Shown here in pieces: positions 33,548 to 45,603 of a stretch of 54,516 nucleotides of DNA (its first letter is position 1; every line of letters starts with the position of its first letter). This DNA comes from Cladosporium halotolerans (Eukaryota), in NCBI RefSeq assembly GCF_011745625.1, contig NW_027191482.1:248001-302516 (forward strand), in the 5' to 3' direction. The notes under the pieces are model-generated. The model was not told the DNA's origin and did not search any database. It was given only the letters and a program-made list of their open reading frames with translations. Both the position numbers and the translations under genes were made by a program.

Positions 33548-36500
33548 TCACAACTTCATCTGTTCGAAGCGCTCGATGCTCTGCTCGAACACCTTCTGCT
33601 CGCTCAGCAGGTCCTGCAACTTCCTCTCCTCCGTGGCCTTGATGTCGGCACCGACCTTGTCGCCTAGGGTGCCAATGAGCTTCTCCTGCTCCCTGACGGC
33701 GCCGGCAGTCTTCTGCAGCTTGGGCTTGACCTTCATGATCTCGCGGCCGGCGTCGACGGAGCCCTGGATCTCGAGGAAGACGGCGACGGCGGAGGAGACC
33801 GGGTACGCGGCGGCGGGAGCGGGCAGCGGCTCGTTGGTCTTGAGGACGGTGAGCTCGGACAGATACTTGCCGGAGAGGACCTTGATGGAGGCGGCCTCCT
33901 TTGAGGCGGTAGCGTGGGCGTCGTCGGTGAGCGGCTGGACGAAAGCCTTGGCGCTGTCCTTGACACCGTACTCTTGGAGCAGAGAGCGAACACCCTTGGA
34001 GCAGCCAAGGATGAGCTCGTACGCAGCTTCGCTGACCGGGTCGTCGAGCTTCGCATCATACTGCGGGTAAGCGGCGACGACGATGGAGCGGGTCTCGTCA
34101 CTGGGACGTCTGGGCAGACGCTGCCAGAGCTCTTCTGTCAGGAAAGGCATGAAGGGGTGGATCATGGTGAGAGCGCTCTCAAGAGCGGTGTAGAGAGTGT
34201 CAAGAGCAGAAGCACGCTCCTCAGGCGTACCGTCCCTGATGATGGACTTGGAGTTCTCAATGTAGACGTCACAGAGCTCGTACAGCCAGTAGTTGTGGAT
34301 GGCCTGGGTGCTGCGAGAGAACTCGCGCTTTCCGAGGGCATCATTGATCTCCTTCGCGCAAGAGTTCATCTTGTGGAGGATCCAGCGCTCGGGCAAGCTC
34401 TCCTTGCCAGTCGCGCCGCCCTGAGCCTTGGGTGTGAAATCCGCAGGCAGGTTGCCAAGCACGAACTTGGTCGCCTGGTAGATCTTGTTGCAAAAGTTAC
34501 GGTAGCTGCGCATGACCTTGACGTCGAAGGCGATGTCACCGCCACCGGTAGTGTAGTTGACGAGGGAGAAGCGGAGAGCGTCGGCACCGCACTCGTCAAT
34601 GCCATCAGCGAAGGCAGCCTTCTGCCACTTGGTGGCACGCTCAATCTCCTTGGGAGCCAGGTTACCAAGCTTGAGCTTGTCATTCAGGGCCTGCAGGGAA
34701 ATGCCCTCCATGATGTCAACCGGGTCAATAACGTTGCCCAACGACTTGGACATCTTGCGACCCTCTGAGTCACGGACGAGAGAGTGGCAGTAGACTTCTG
34801 AGAAGGGAACTTGGCCAGTCATCTTGATACCGAACATGATCATCCTGGCGACCCAGAAGAACAGAATGTCCCAGCCAGTCTCGAGGACGGATGTCGGGTA
34901 GAGCTTCTCGAGGTCGTGAGTCTTGTTGGGCCAACCTAGGGTGGAGAATGGCCAGAGGCCAGACGAGAACCAGGTGTCAAGGCAGTCAGGGTCACGCTCG
35001 AGATCGAACTCTTTGCCGGGGAACTTCTTCTGTGCCTTCTCACGGGCCTCTTCTTCGGTCTTACCGCAGACCCAGTAGTCAGCTTCAGTATCGTACGCGG
35101 GTCCGTCCTTCAGCTTAACATAGTAAGCAGGGACCTGGTGGCCCCACCAGAGCTGTCTAGAGAGGCACCAGTCGTCGATGCTCTCCATCCAGCGGTAGTA
35201 AGTGCTCTCAGCAGACGCAGGCTTGAGCTTGATGCTGCCGTTCTTGACGGCATCAATCGCAGGCTCAGCAAGCGGCTTCATGTGCATCCACCATTGGGGC
35301 TTCATGACCGGCTCAATGACGTCCTTGGACTTGCTGCAGAGCGGGATGACCATTTTGTTGTTGTCCTTGCCGACGTACAGACCCTTCTTCTCAAGCTCAG
35401 TGATGATAGAGTAACGCACGTCGAAACGCTTGTGACCCTCGAAGGGACCAGCGTTTGAGTTCATGGTGCCATCGTCGTTGAGGATGTTGATGAACTCGAG
35501 GTTGTTGTCCTTGCCACGCTTGAAATCGTTGAAATCATGAGCCGGAGTGATCTTGACGGCACCAGTACCGAAATCCCTCTCGACAGACTCGTCCCCGAAG
35601 ATGGGAATAAGGCGGTCGACAAAAGGATGCTTGACAAATTTGCCAATCAGGTGCTTATAACGGTCGTCCTGAGGGTGCACAGCAACACCAGTGTCACCAA
35701 GCATTGTCTCCGGACGCGTGGTCGCGACTTCGATGGTCTCGTTGGTGCCATCGATCGGGTACTTGAAGTTCCAAATGCTACCGAACTCAATCTTCTTGTC
35801 ATATCCAGGCACATCAATCTTCGTCGAGCCCTCGAGCTCCTTCTGATCAACCTCAAGGTTAGAAAGAGCAGTGTTGAGCTTCGTGCACCAGTTGACAAGG
35901 CGGTTTGCGCGGTAGATCAAGCCCTCATCGTGCATCTGAACGAAGATGTGGCGGACAGCAGCGGACAAGTTCTCGTCCATGGTGAACGCCTCCCTCGTCC
36001 AGTCCAAAGAACCGCCGAGTCTCCGCAACACGGTGTTGATCTTGCTGTGGTACTCATCCTTCCACTCCCAGACAGTCTCGACAAACTTCTCTCTTCCGAG
36101 ATCGTGTCTGGTCAATCCATTTCGCCTGTTGTAGAGCATGTTCTCGACAACGCTTTGTGTCGAGATACCAGCATGGTCGCATCCCGGGAGATACAGCACA
36201 GTCTTGCCCTTCATCCTTTCCCACCTGATCATCACATCCTGTAGCGAAGTGGCAAGGGCGTGTCCAATGTGCAATGCGCCAGTAACATTAGGGGGAGGAA
36301 TCGAGATGACGAAGGAGCCGGCCGGCTTGACCTCGCCGTCCTTGGTGTACTGGGGCTGGTGGAATCCTTCCTTCTCCCACCAATCGTACCAGGCGCTCTC
36401 AACAACGGAGGGGATGTAAGCCTTGTGGTACTCGTCGTCCAAAGGCTTCAGGATCTTCTTCTCGCCCTTGGGGGTCTCCTCCTTGTAAGGCGCAAGCTTC

Positions 36501-36901
36501 TCCTGCTCCTTCTTCTCCTTCTGCTTCTTGGGACCAGCTTGCGCTTGCATGGCGTTCTTCTTCGCCTGCTTCTCCGCAAACTTGGCCGCCTTCTCGGCCT
36601 TCTGGCGCTCCTTTGCTAATTCGCGCTCAGTCTTCTGCTTCTTCTCGCCCTGCTGATCGCCGCCATCCTGGCCCGGCGCATTCTGACCCTGGGGATCGCT
36701 GTTGGCAGCGTCAACGACGGCAGCCTTGGTGTCCTGAGAGGCAGGCGGGGGTTGTCCAGTGACCGGTCCGGTCTTCTCGCCAGGGATGTTGTGCGAAGCG
36801 GCGTTCAACGCCATCTTGGAAAATGCCCGTCTAGCGGGGTGAGCGAAAGAAAGGAGAGGACGCCGGAGCAGCGCTCGGGAAAGTATGGTGGCAGCGTGCA
36901 C
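33548..36901 (-). CDS. VAS1: Valyl-tRNA synthetase (first AUG at 36814; in-frame GTG at 36901 adds a putative mitochondrial presequence)
   Basis: PPPNVTGALHIGH, DHAGISTQ, ATTRPET, GTGAVKITPAHD, DWCLSRQLWWGH and KMSKS motifs. Confidence 0.97.
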   Translation of the reverse strand: MHAATILSRALLRRPLLSFAHPARRAFSKMALNAASHNIPGEKTGPVTGQPPPASQDTKAAVVDAANSDPQGQNAPGQDGGDQQGEKKQKTERELAKERQKAEKAAKFAEKQAKKNAMQAQAGPKKQKEKKEQEKLAPYKEETPKGEKKILKPLDDEYHKAYIPSVVESAWYDWWEKEGFHQPQYTKDGEVKPAGSFVISIPPPNVTGALHIGHALATSLQDVMIRWERMKGKTVLYLPGCDHAGISTQSVVENMLYNRRNGLTRHDLGREKFVETVWEWKDEYHSKINTVLRRLGGSLDWTREAFTMDENLSAAVRHIFVQMHDEGLIYRANRLVNWCTKLNTALSNLEVDQKELEGSTKIDVPGYDKKIEFGSIWNFKYPIDGTNETIEVATTRPETMLGDTGVAVHPQDDRYKHLIGKFVKHPFVDRLIPIFGDESVERDFGTGAVKITPAHDFNDFKRGKDNNLEFINILNDDGTMNSNAGPFEGHKRFDVRYSIITELEKKGLYVGKDNNKMVIPLCSKSKDVIEPVMKPQWWMHMKPLAEPAIDAVKNGSIKLKPASAESTYYRWMESIDDWCLSRQLWWGHQVPAYYVKLKDGPAYDTEADYWVCGKTEEEAREKAQKKFPGKEFDLERDPDCLDTWFSSGLWPFSTLGWPNKTHDLEKLYPTSVLETGWDILFFWVARMIMFGIKMTGQVPFSEVYCHSLVRDSEGRKMSKSLGNVIDPVDIMEGISLQALNDKLKLGNLAPKEIERATKWQKAAFADGIDECGADALRFSLVNYTTGGGDIAFDVKVMRSYRNFCNKIYQATKFVLGNLPADFTPKAQGGATGKESLPERWILHKMNSCAKEINDALGKREFSRSTQAIHNYWLYELCDVYIENSKSIIRDGTPEERASALDTLYTALESALTMIHPFMPFLTEELWQRLPRRPSDETRSIVVAAYPQYDAKLDDPVSEAAYELILGCSKGVRSLLQEYGVKDSAKAFVQPLTDDAHATASKEAASIKVLSGKYLSELTVLKTNEPLPAPAAAYPVSSAVAVFLEIQGSVDAGREIMKVKPKLQKTAGAVREQEKLIGTLGDKVGADIKATEERKLQDLLSEQKVFEQSIERFEQMKL

Positions 36902-37246
36902 GGTGGCTGCTGTGTTCGGGTGTAGTATTTATCGAATTTTTGGGTACATCCGCTCAGAGATATCTCGTGCCTGTGGAGGAATTATTGCCGGTGAATCATT
37001 GGAAATCCGTGAGTCAGTTAACCTGAGAAGTTAGGCAGAGATCCGTGCCGTATCGATAGAGGACCCTGACTCGACTTTCCGTCTCCAGCGAGCGCATGGG
37101 TCGCCTGGAAACGCGTCCTCTCCAGGGCTGGGCTATAGCAGCTGCCTGCGACGCTGAAACGCCAGCTATTCCACACCTTGATTGCAGCGGATGCGCTTCG
37201 ACGACGACTACATCGCTTAGTTCAAGGAGGGCGCCTCACTGCCAAC

Positions 37247-37956
37247 ATGGTCGACATCGACAACTCAGCCCCAGGCTCGCTCAATTGGCGACTGAGCGCG
37301 CATCCTATCACCCTCGTGACTTTCCTTGGATTCCGTGCAGGTATGCGACGCATTGCTAGAATCTCCAAAAGACGCACCAGATGCTAACACCTTCTCCCAG
37401 CTAGTCTGCTAGTCTACCTTCTCGGTCTCCTCTTCACAACGAACTTCGTCCTCATCTTCATCGTCACCATCCTCCTTCTCGCAGCCGATTTCTACTACCT
37501 CAAGAACATTGCCGGTCGCCGACTTGTAGGGTTAAGATGGTGGAATGAGGTGAACCCATCCACGGGTGACTCGCACTGGGTCTTCGAAAGCGCACCACAG
37601 CCCAACGAGCCGGGTGGAAAGCTTGTAAGCGCGACCGACAAACGGTTCTTTTGGCTTGCGCTGTATGCGCAGCCTGCGCTTTGGGTTGCTCTGGCGATTG
37701 TCGCGATCGTCAAGTTCGAATTCATCTGGTTGACGCTGGTCGGTGAGTTGCAATCCTATATCACGGCTAGCGAGGGGTTCAAGCTAATTCAAATGCAGTC
37801 ATTGCCTTGGTCCTCACTATTACCAACACGCTGGCTTTCTCGAGATGTGACAAGTTTAGCCAAGCAAGTGGTGTCCTCGAGAGAGGCTTCTACTCTGGCT
37901 CTTTGGCCAGGAATCTTGGTGGAGCTATGGTTTCCCGGATGTTCAACAGGGGCTAG
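37247..37956 (+). CDS. TVP23: Golgi membrane protein TVP23; join(37247..37340,37401..37742,37799..37956)
   Basis: [40 protein letters not shown] and [10 protein letters not shown] motifs. Confidence 0.93.
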
Positions 37957-38375
37957 CGGTGTTGATTGTGGCATCTACTCGGCGTACCATCATGTAGCAA
38001 ATATATTGACACGAATACGGAAGAGATCAGATTTACAAGCCATCTGAGTACACCACACATGTATCATCTTACCAAAGAAGGGGGGACAAGATCACCTTTA
38101 AAGCTTCCGTTGGTATAACGGAAGCGAGTTTAACCTCACCTTCATGGGTCGAATGGTTCTCCGCTGTACGACTTTTATCGTGAACCAATTATCAAAGGCA
38201 ACATCTAGTCCAAAGATGAGTACCAGTTGTTGATCGATTTCACGAGGTAAGATGTGTTCGTAGTATGGGCGGTTCCACGCTTCAAGCGCTAGACAGCGCG
38301 GGGCTCCTCATGCCACTTCATCGTCACATCAAGCCATATCCCGACAACTTGATCAATCTTCCAGCCATAATCAAT

Positions 38376-39434
38376 ATGCCCACAAACGACAACGATCTCC
38401 TCGCCAGACTCAACGCCCTCAAACCTTCGAGCGTCAAACTCGACACCACTCCCAAAGCTTCGCTCGACGTCGAGATCTCCAAGCCGGCTTCGACTTCAGT
38501 AGAAGATAGACTCGCAGATCGCCTCAAAAGTCTACGTGCGGGCGGATCGCCCGCCGCAAATGCCCCATCTCCGAAGCTTCAGAGTGGTGATGCAGCAGAT
38601 GTGTTAGCGTTTCAGATCAAAGACGAAGTGTCCACAGATCCGCTGGCAGATTGGCAGCAAGATGGCAACGAGCAGTCGGTCGATGACTTACTGGCTGAGC
38701 TGGAAATGAACGAGCAGGTGAAGCTGAATCCGGATGATCCAGACGATGTCGCTGCGCTGCTGAAAGAGGCGAAAAGCGCTTTGCCGCCACCTGAGGAGCA
38801 GTTTGAGGGTGGCAACGACGGGGAAGCTGTTCACGACGGCAGTGAGCAGCGACGAGACGATACAGACGCCCACGAAGACAAGACAGAAGACCAACAGGAT
38901 CAAAATGAAGCAGATGATTACGTGCAACGAGTCCTCGCCGAGCTAGACATCGAGCGAAAATACGGCGCAGCAGAGGAAGATGAGAACGCCCAAGACCAAA
39001 GCCACGCATCTCCGAAGGAGACGAAAGCAACAAGCTCCGGTCTCGACCTCCTCGCAACCCCCAGCAAACCCCCTGAAGCCAATGAACCGCCATCGTACGA
39101 GGACTCTGAACTCGAATCGCGATTCTCCAAGCTCGAGCTGAAATTGCCCTCCACGCCCACTTCGGCGCCCACATCTGCGAAAGCGAAGCAGAAAGCCGCC
39201 GACGCGTTGGCGAAATCCAAAGCGAAACCCAAAGCCCCAACTTTCATGGATGAGGAGATTGACTCCTGGTGCTGTATCTGCAATGAGGATGGCGAAGTGC
39301 GGTGTTTGGGCTGTGAGGAAGACATCTATTGCCAAGCTTGCTGGCGGGAAGGGCATGGTTCCGGTCCTGGACAAGAGCAAGGTCACCGTGCGGTGCAGTT
39401 TGTAAGAAAGGGGGGAGGGATGGCAGCGGCCTAA
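38376..39434 (+). CDS. ANCHR/ZFYVE19-like protein with C-terminal B-box-type zinc finger
   Basis: DLLARLNALK start and C-terminal WCCICNED..VRCLGC..DIYC..CWREGH. Start chosen at 38376; the ORF is open from 38265. Confidence 0.7.
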   Translation: MPTNDNDLLARLNALKPSSVKLDTTPKASLDVEISKPASTSVEDRLADRLKSLRAGGSPAANAPSPKLQSGDAADVLAFQIKDEVSTDPLADWQQDGNEQSVDDLLAELEMNEQVKLNPDDPDDVAALLKEAKSALPPPEEQFEGGNDGEAVHDGSEQRRDDTDAHEDKTEDQQDQNEADDYVQRVLAELDIERKYGAAEEDENAQDQSHASPKETKATSSGLDLLATPSKPPEANEPPSYEDSELESRFSKLELKLPSTPTSAPTSAKAKQKAADALAKSKAKPKAPTFMDEEIDSWCCICNEDGEVRCLGCEEDIYCQACWREGHGSGPGQEQGHRAVQFVRKGGGMAAA

Positions 39435-39700
39435 TGTGTTATCGGCAGATTGTTTCTGTACCTAGCCCGTTCTCGATGGAGGGTGCTTAAACGGTCTTCT
39501 CTGCGATTCAATGCTTTCAAGACTTCATGTCCGACTTCAAGAACAGGTGTATCTGCTATAATGCCTATCTTACAGCTCGAATCGACCTCGCAATTAAGCC
39601 TTCCCTTGACGGTACCATTCGATGTTGTGAACTCCCAAACGCCGTCGCTCTTGACATCTGCCCGGTCTATAAACCGGCACTCATGCTCGCCTTTCGACGC

Positions 39701-40977
39701 CTACTTCTGTCCCAAAACGCCGGCGATCTGCAAGCAGAGATCGAGAATAGTCAGATGCTCGTCACTGCCGTCCACCAGCCGCTTGTCTGTTTCTGAAAAG
39801 CACAGGACAATCCGACTCTTCTGCCAATCACCGATGGACTCGTCGCGAATGACGATTTGATCATACAGCTGCGTGGTGAGAGTCGATGCGCTCCAGCCCT
39901 CCGCCACCAGGTCTTCGACAGCTTTTGATACACGGCCGTATACAGTCCCCTTCGAACTCGGCTGCATAGCTGTGATCAGACCTTCAATGGTGGGCGTGGG
40001 GATGACTCCGGCAATCTCCTCGACGCTCTGGATCGTGATAGCAACATCTGAGCCATTGCTAGCACCGTCGACATCCATGGCGTCTTCGTCTTCGTCGTCT
40101 TCCACAGTTTTTCGTTTCCTCTTCTTGTCACCGCCGTCAGACTTGCCCTGGACAGCTCCCACCAACCTCGCCGCTGACTGCAAGAACGTGATCGCCTTTC
40201 TCAGATCACCCTCACTGCATCTCAACAACGTATTCACAACGCCATCCTCCAACTTCACATCCTCCAGCTTCGCAATCTCCTCCAATCTCTTCCCGGCATT
40301 CCCTTCATCCAAACTCTTGAACCTGAATTTGCTACACCTACTCGCAAGCGGGTCGATGATCCTCGTCACATAGTTGCACACCAAGCAAAACCGCGTGATT
40401 TTCGAGTACGTCTCCATCGTCCTGCGCAGCGCGCTCTGCGCGTCCTGCGTCATACTGTCCGCCTCGTCTAGCACGATAATCTTGTACGGCGGGCAGGGAT
40501 ACTTCTTCCGATACTCTTCGCCCGCGGGGCCGGAGGGCGGGTTGGAGAGCTGCATGCGCGCGAAGTCCTTGACTTTTTCGCGGACGATGGAGATGCCGCG
40601 CTCGTCGGAGGCGTTCAGCTCGAGCACGCGCGTCTTGATGAGTTCGGGGCCGTAGAGCTGCTTGGCGAGCGCGAGGACGGTGGAGGTTTTGCCTGTGCCT
40701 GGAGGACCGTAGAAGAGCATGTGCGGGAGGTTGGCGGATTGGAGAGTGCGGCGGAGGACGGTGACTGTGTGGTCTTGGGCTGTGACATCGTCGAGGGACT
40801 TGGGTCGGCTGTGAGAGCTGTTAACATCGCATCGGCTGTGCACATTCTGTGGTAGCTTTACTATTTCTCAACCCATGGCTGTAGTCTGTTGTTCTCTGGC
40901 TGTGCAGGTGTTTTGGACGAGGTTGCGGCTGCCGCAGCTTCCTTCTGACGGGCTCTGATGTCGAAGAAGTTTGCCAT
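39701..40977 (-). CDS. RFC2: Replication factor C subunit 2; complement(join(39701..40808,40862..40977))
   Basis: [60 protein letters not shown] and SRC motifs. Confidence 0.96.
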
Positions 40978-41315
40978 GGTGGTGTATGTGTCAGATGGTT
41001 GGAAGGCGAGTCTTCAATGACAACCAACAGTCGCTGTCGCCCCCACGAAGTTTGGAGATCCTAGACGCGTCTCCGACGACGCGAAGCACTTCCACCCACA
41101 TTCGGAAGCTGGTCCCGACGTCACCGAGCGGCCGTCTCGCTTCTCGCTTCTCAGGCAGCTGGCTGGGCAAACCCCGACGTTGGACGGGGCAGCACGCGAG
41201 TCGATCGTCTCAACCCAAAGACCATGAGCGAGAGCACCCTTCCCTGGTCGAACACTTGAATCGCACATGTCCAGATTACGATGCGAATGCCGCCAGTCCG
41301 TTCCTCCTACAAGAC

Positions 41316-42369
41316 ATGAATGATGAGCCTGCTTCATCCGCCGCAGCCTCCTCGTCGCGAGTCGCCAACGAGCTACCAACGGACGACACCTTCCAAAATG
41401 GAGCGCCCACAGCAGCCCAGATCGAGGAGCGCAGGAAGAGGAACCGGGAGATGTTCAATAAGAAACGAGGGCAGCTGTTGGATGACCTCTTGTACAATTT
41501 GGACATACTCGTCTACGCCCAGCTGAGCGCAATATACTACATGGAGTGAGTCGCACGACATCTGCTCTGGTTAAATGACCAAGCAACTAACGCTCTTTCG
41601 AAGCTGTTCATTCCTCCGATTCATGATACGAGCACTCATCCAGTTTGTGCTCCTAACCCCGAAGCCTCCAACATTCGTACAGCCGCCCGACCAACAGCCC
41701 TTCGTCAGCGCTGTGCTCGTTATGAACGCCATATGTATCATACTACATCTCTGGCTTAATCCGGCAACAGGCACCGAGGGGACGAGAGGATACCTGCATG
41801 GAGGCATGGCTATGGATTTCATTGGGCAAAAAGGGCCCGCCAGCCGGTTCACGCTGGTTTTGTTCGACTTGCTGGTCATGACTTTGCAGATGGTCCACGT
41901 CACTGCGCACGTCACTCGTAAGAGACTCAAAGACGGTGTTCCGGCCGCCGGCGCACAGGATCAAGGGCAGCCAGCGCCTGCTGCGCCTTCCAGGGGCCAA
42001 GATCTCGACAACGAAGAGCGCGGTGTGCGCCACTCAGACGAACTGCAGCAACGAGACGACATCGAGATGCAGACTCTCAATCCGTCCGGGAGTTCTGCGA
42101 CACGCGATGAAGACGACGATGACGACGAAAGCAACGAACGCCGGTCCCTCCTAGCATCTACACCGCCGCAGTCCGACATCCACATTTTCGATGCCTTCCA
42201 CAGTGGGCAGATTGTACTTGCGGACTTGAACGTGTTGAGGTCAGCGAAGGAGTTGTTTTGGGCGTATCAAAAGTCGACGGCGGAGCAGCGAGAAGCGCGC
42301 AGATCGAGTTATCGCGCGCAACTCACGAGCCGACTGATGGATTTTGGCATAGCTAGGCTTAATCGATGA
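41316..42369 (+). CDS. DSC E3 ligase complex subunit 4-like (DUF1746); join(41316..41545,41604..42369)
   Basis: LD.LVY..LSAIYYMDCS..RF..RA..Q, RGYLHGG...DFIGQKGP and QDLD.EERG motifs. Confidence 0.8.
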
Positions 42370-42621
42370 TGTTCATGGTCAGATCTCCTCACAACTGACA
42401 TTTGTCTTCCAATTTCCAAGCGACTTGTAGGCATGTAAGTCTGTCAATCTTGTGGTGGCAAAATGCGTCACTGCTACGAAATCCCCATGCGATCATTGTC
42501 GCTCAGTGATGCAAATCTGAAAAGACACGGCGAAGGACGCGTCTCAAGCGAAAGGTCGTGATACATTCACGTAGTCTAGCTCTATCTCTATCATCAAGAT
42601 CATAAATCCAACATAGCTCCC

Positions 42622-44362
42622 TTACACCAGGTAGCGGAAGCCCTTGGTCATCTGCCTCTTCTCGTCCGCAGGATCGACAGCCTCCTGGGCGTCCATCGAA
42701 GCCTCCTGCAGCTCGAGGTCCTTGTTGAGCTTGTTGAGCATGAGCTTGAAGCCGAAGCAGCCAAGAATCGTAACGCCGAACATGGCAGTGACGACGCCGT
42801 AGCTGTTACGGTAGTCATGGGCTTCCATGTCCCAGACGTAGGAGCCGGCGATGTTACCGAGCTGACTGAAGGCGTTGATGAGCGCGATAGCGACGGCACG
42901 CTTGGCGGGTGGGCGAGGGAAGGAAGAGGAGATCCAGGAGTAGAAGACGATGAAGCTGCGGATGCGTGTTAGTTGAATATTCTGAAGAAAATGATTTGGT
43001 TAGAAACATACCCAGCGTAGGAGCCTGCCTGCAGGAACAGAGCAACGTAACGAGCAGCAGTGTTGGAAGTGGACATGCTGATGATGAAGCCGACCAGACC
43101 CATGCAGACCGGACCAACGATGTGCCAGAACTTCTCTTGGTATCTGTCGGAGCTAAGGGCCACGCAGAGGGAGAAGAGGCAGGAGAACACCCAGGGCGGC
43201 GCGCTCATGAGAAGGGTGGTAACGTAGCCGAATCCGAGAGTCTCAGTCAGAGATGGCTGGTATGCGTTAGCGGATCTCCTATCATCAGTCCGGGCATGTT
43301 AACTTACGAAGTAGGCGTTGAAGGAAAGACCGACAACGTAGGTCGCAAAAACAATGCACATGACGTAAACTTTCGCGTCCTTGAGCGCCATCCAGAGACC
43401 TCCGTATGTACCCAGATCTTCGGGATCAACGTCTGCCAAACCGACATCCTCAGTCATACGCAGCTGAGCAACTTCCAGCTCATCCTTTGTGAAACCGTAG
43501 GTGTTGCTGGGGAGGTCAGGAAGAATGAAGGCTGCGGAAATCGCAAAAACCATGGTCGCAGCACCCTCGACTGGAACGCGCATGTCAGTACAGTCAATGT
43601 GCGCAATGGGCTAGGTTCGCAAACTTACTCCAGAAAAGCCATCTCCAAGCGGCGTGACCAAGCGTACCTTCCATGTTGGACAGCACTGGATTGTATCAGC
43701 TCAGATGTTCTGTCATATTTGAGCTCTTGCTTCGACTTACCGCCGGCTCCGACAAGCGAAGAAAATGCATTAGAAATGAGGTTGCCACAGAAGAGCAACG
43801 CATTTCTTGTGGTAAGCTCCTTTCGGGTGTACCACTTCGAGAGGATCATCAGGGCACCAGGAAGGAAAGCAGCTTCGACGAAACCGAGGAAGAATCGAAT
43901 AGCCACCATTCCCGAGAAGTTCTGTGTGACGCCAGAGAGAGTAGAGATCATTCCCCAAAGGAGCATGACAGCGGAGATGTATTTTGAAGGGCGGGAAATT
44001 TTGTTGATGAAGATGTTTGACGGGACTTGCATCAGAATGTAGCCGACGTAAAGAATACTCAGGCATGTTTGATATTGTCCGGGTTTTCCCTCGAGGCCAA
44101 GATCTCTCTCAAGGCCCTTGAGCCTGGCAGCACCAATGTTGTTGCGGTCCAAATAGTTCATGATATAAATCACGATGAATAACGAACAGCGAGCATCGAG
44201 TTTGCGCTTCATTTTCTTCTCGACACGAGCTCGGTACTCCGGATCCCATGATGCCGCGGCAGCTCCAGGGTACGTTGCAGGCATGGTGCCCTGCTCCATG
44301 GTGTCGATGGCCGACTTTTCGTCGTGTGTAGCGGGCGGATCCGCTTTCGTGTCGTTGGACAT
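42622..44362 (-). CDS. MFS transporter, anion:cation symporter (Dal5/Tna1-like); complement(join(42622..42955,43012..43256,43308..43570,43629..43685,43741..44362))
   Basis: YLDRNNIGAAR, YVGYILMQVPSN, RFFLGFVEA.FLPG..ILSKWY, WRWLF.IEG and C-terminal FRY motifs; four canonical introns. Confidence 0.93.
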
Positions 44363-45603
44363 TGTCGTGAGCTCAAGTGACACCGAGTACAGTGTCAAAA
44401 TGAGAACAAAACGGTGAGGGAGGGCCTGAAGAGAAAGAACAGAGCATCTCCAAGTCGGGCTCACCTCACTTATAAGATTTCACCCTCATGTCTCTCATGT
44501 CCACAAAAATTGGGTCCGGGGCCTCAGATCGGCATCTCCATATGCGGGCTAGTGGTCGAGAGTCTCCTTGTACCATGCCACGTCCACGAGAACCCCGTTG
44601 CCGAACGAGTCAATGCACGTCGGGCCGGGGACTGAATTCGCAGAATGTGTGGGCGGTCATGTGGAGAACGAAATCCGACCGCATATCACAACGGGGCCAC
44701 ATGGGGTTTGGGCCGTTTGGCGGAGAACAAGACTGCGGGTGAAAGACGGGTCAGATGCTTAGCGTCGGTCTCTGCATGCGCACAGACTTGGTTGACTGTC
44801 AACCTGTGAGGGCATAATCGGAGTTAGAACGGCTGACTTCCGCTCGTAGTGCACTGTGAGGTGAAGGGCTTCGCGTAATTGCGGGCAGATTTTTTATCCT
44901 GCCTGTCATGGTTAACTGGACTGCCGAGGCGAAATCCGCTCTCTTCACGTCCGTCCATTCTTCCGCAGGTCGAGAGACCAACAGCGCCCGTCATACGTCC
45001 TCGTCCGAAACCCTGAGGAAACAGCATGTGACATGGAGAAGGCCCGATTCGTCTCGGAATACCGGCTTCTAATGATCTATATTAACCATGGTTGCAAGAG
45101 TTGACGTGGTTCTTTGCTCGACTCGACTGTCGTTTGTACACCGCTGTTATAGAACATGTGAAGTAAGCTCGTCTATCGCAGCAGCTGAATACGGCTCGCA
45201 GATCATGCTGATGGCATGCTGGTTTGCGTGTTGCGTAGATGGAGTGGCTCTCACAGAGAGCGATCAAGCCTGCTATGCTACCTTCACCAACAATAGAATG
45301 ACCTTAAATCGTTCTTTGAGACGACGCATACTTACAAACAAGATGTCATCGACCAATCCTAGCTCATGCGTATCCCAAGCTTAGAGGCGCAATGCTTGGA
45401 CAAAGTCTTTTGCAGCGCATGGCTGGGCGACGCGAGGAACGACGCGGCTTTCCCGTCCCCGCCTCGCCTCCGCAGATCGTGAATCCGCCCATGAACTTCG
45501 CGATTGCGACCACCATTAATAGCACCACGGCCACGTTCTCGTTGAATACCCTTCGAGGGTAATGCGTGGTGTGCAATCGATCAGACGATAGCATCAGCAC
45601 ACA

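Noticed and set aside
45547..45561. Inverted repeat TACCCT-TCG-AGGGTA as a zinc-responsive element upstream of the ZIP gene
   Set aside because: It only loosely resembles the Zap1 consensus ACCTTNAAGGT, occurs once and lies very close to the ATG; unsupported without conservation data.
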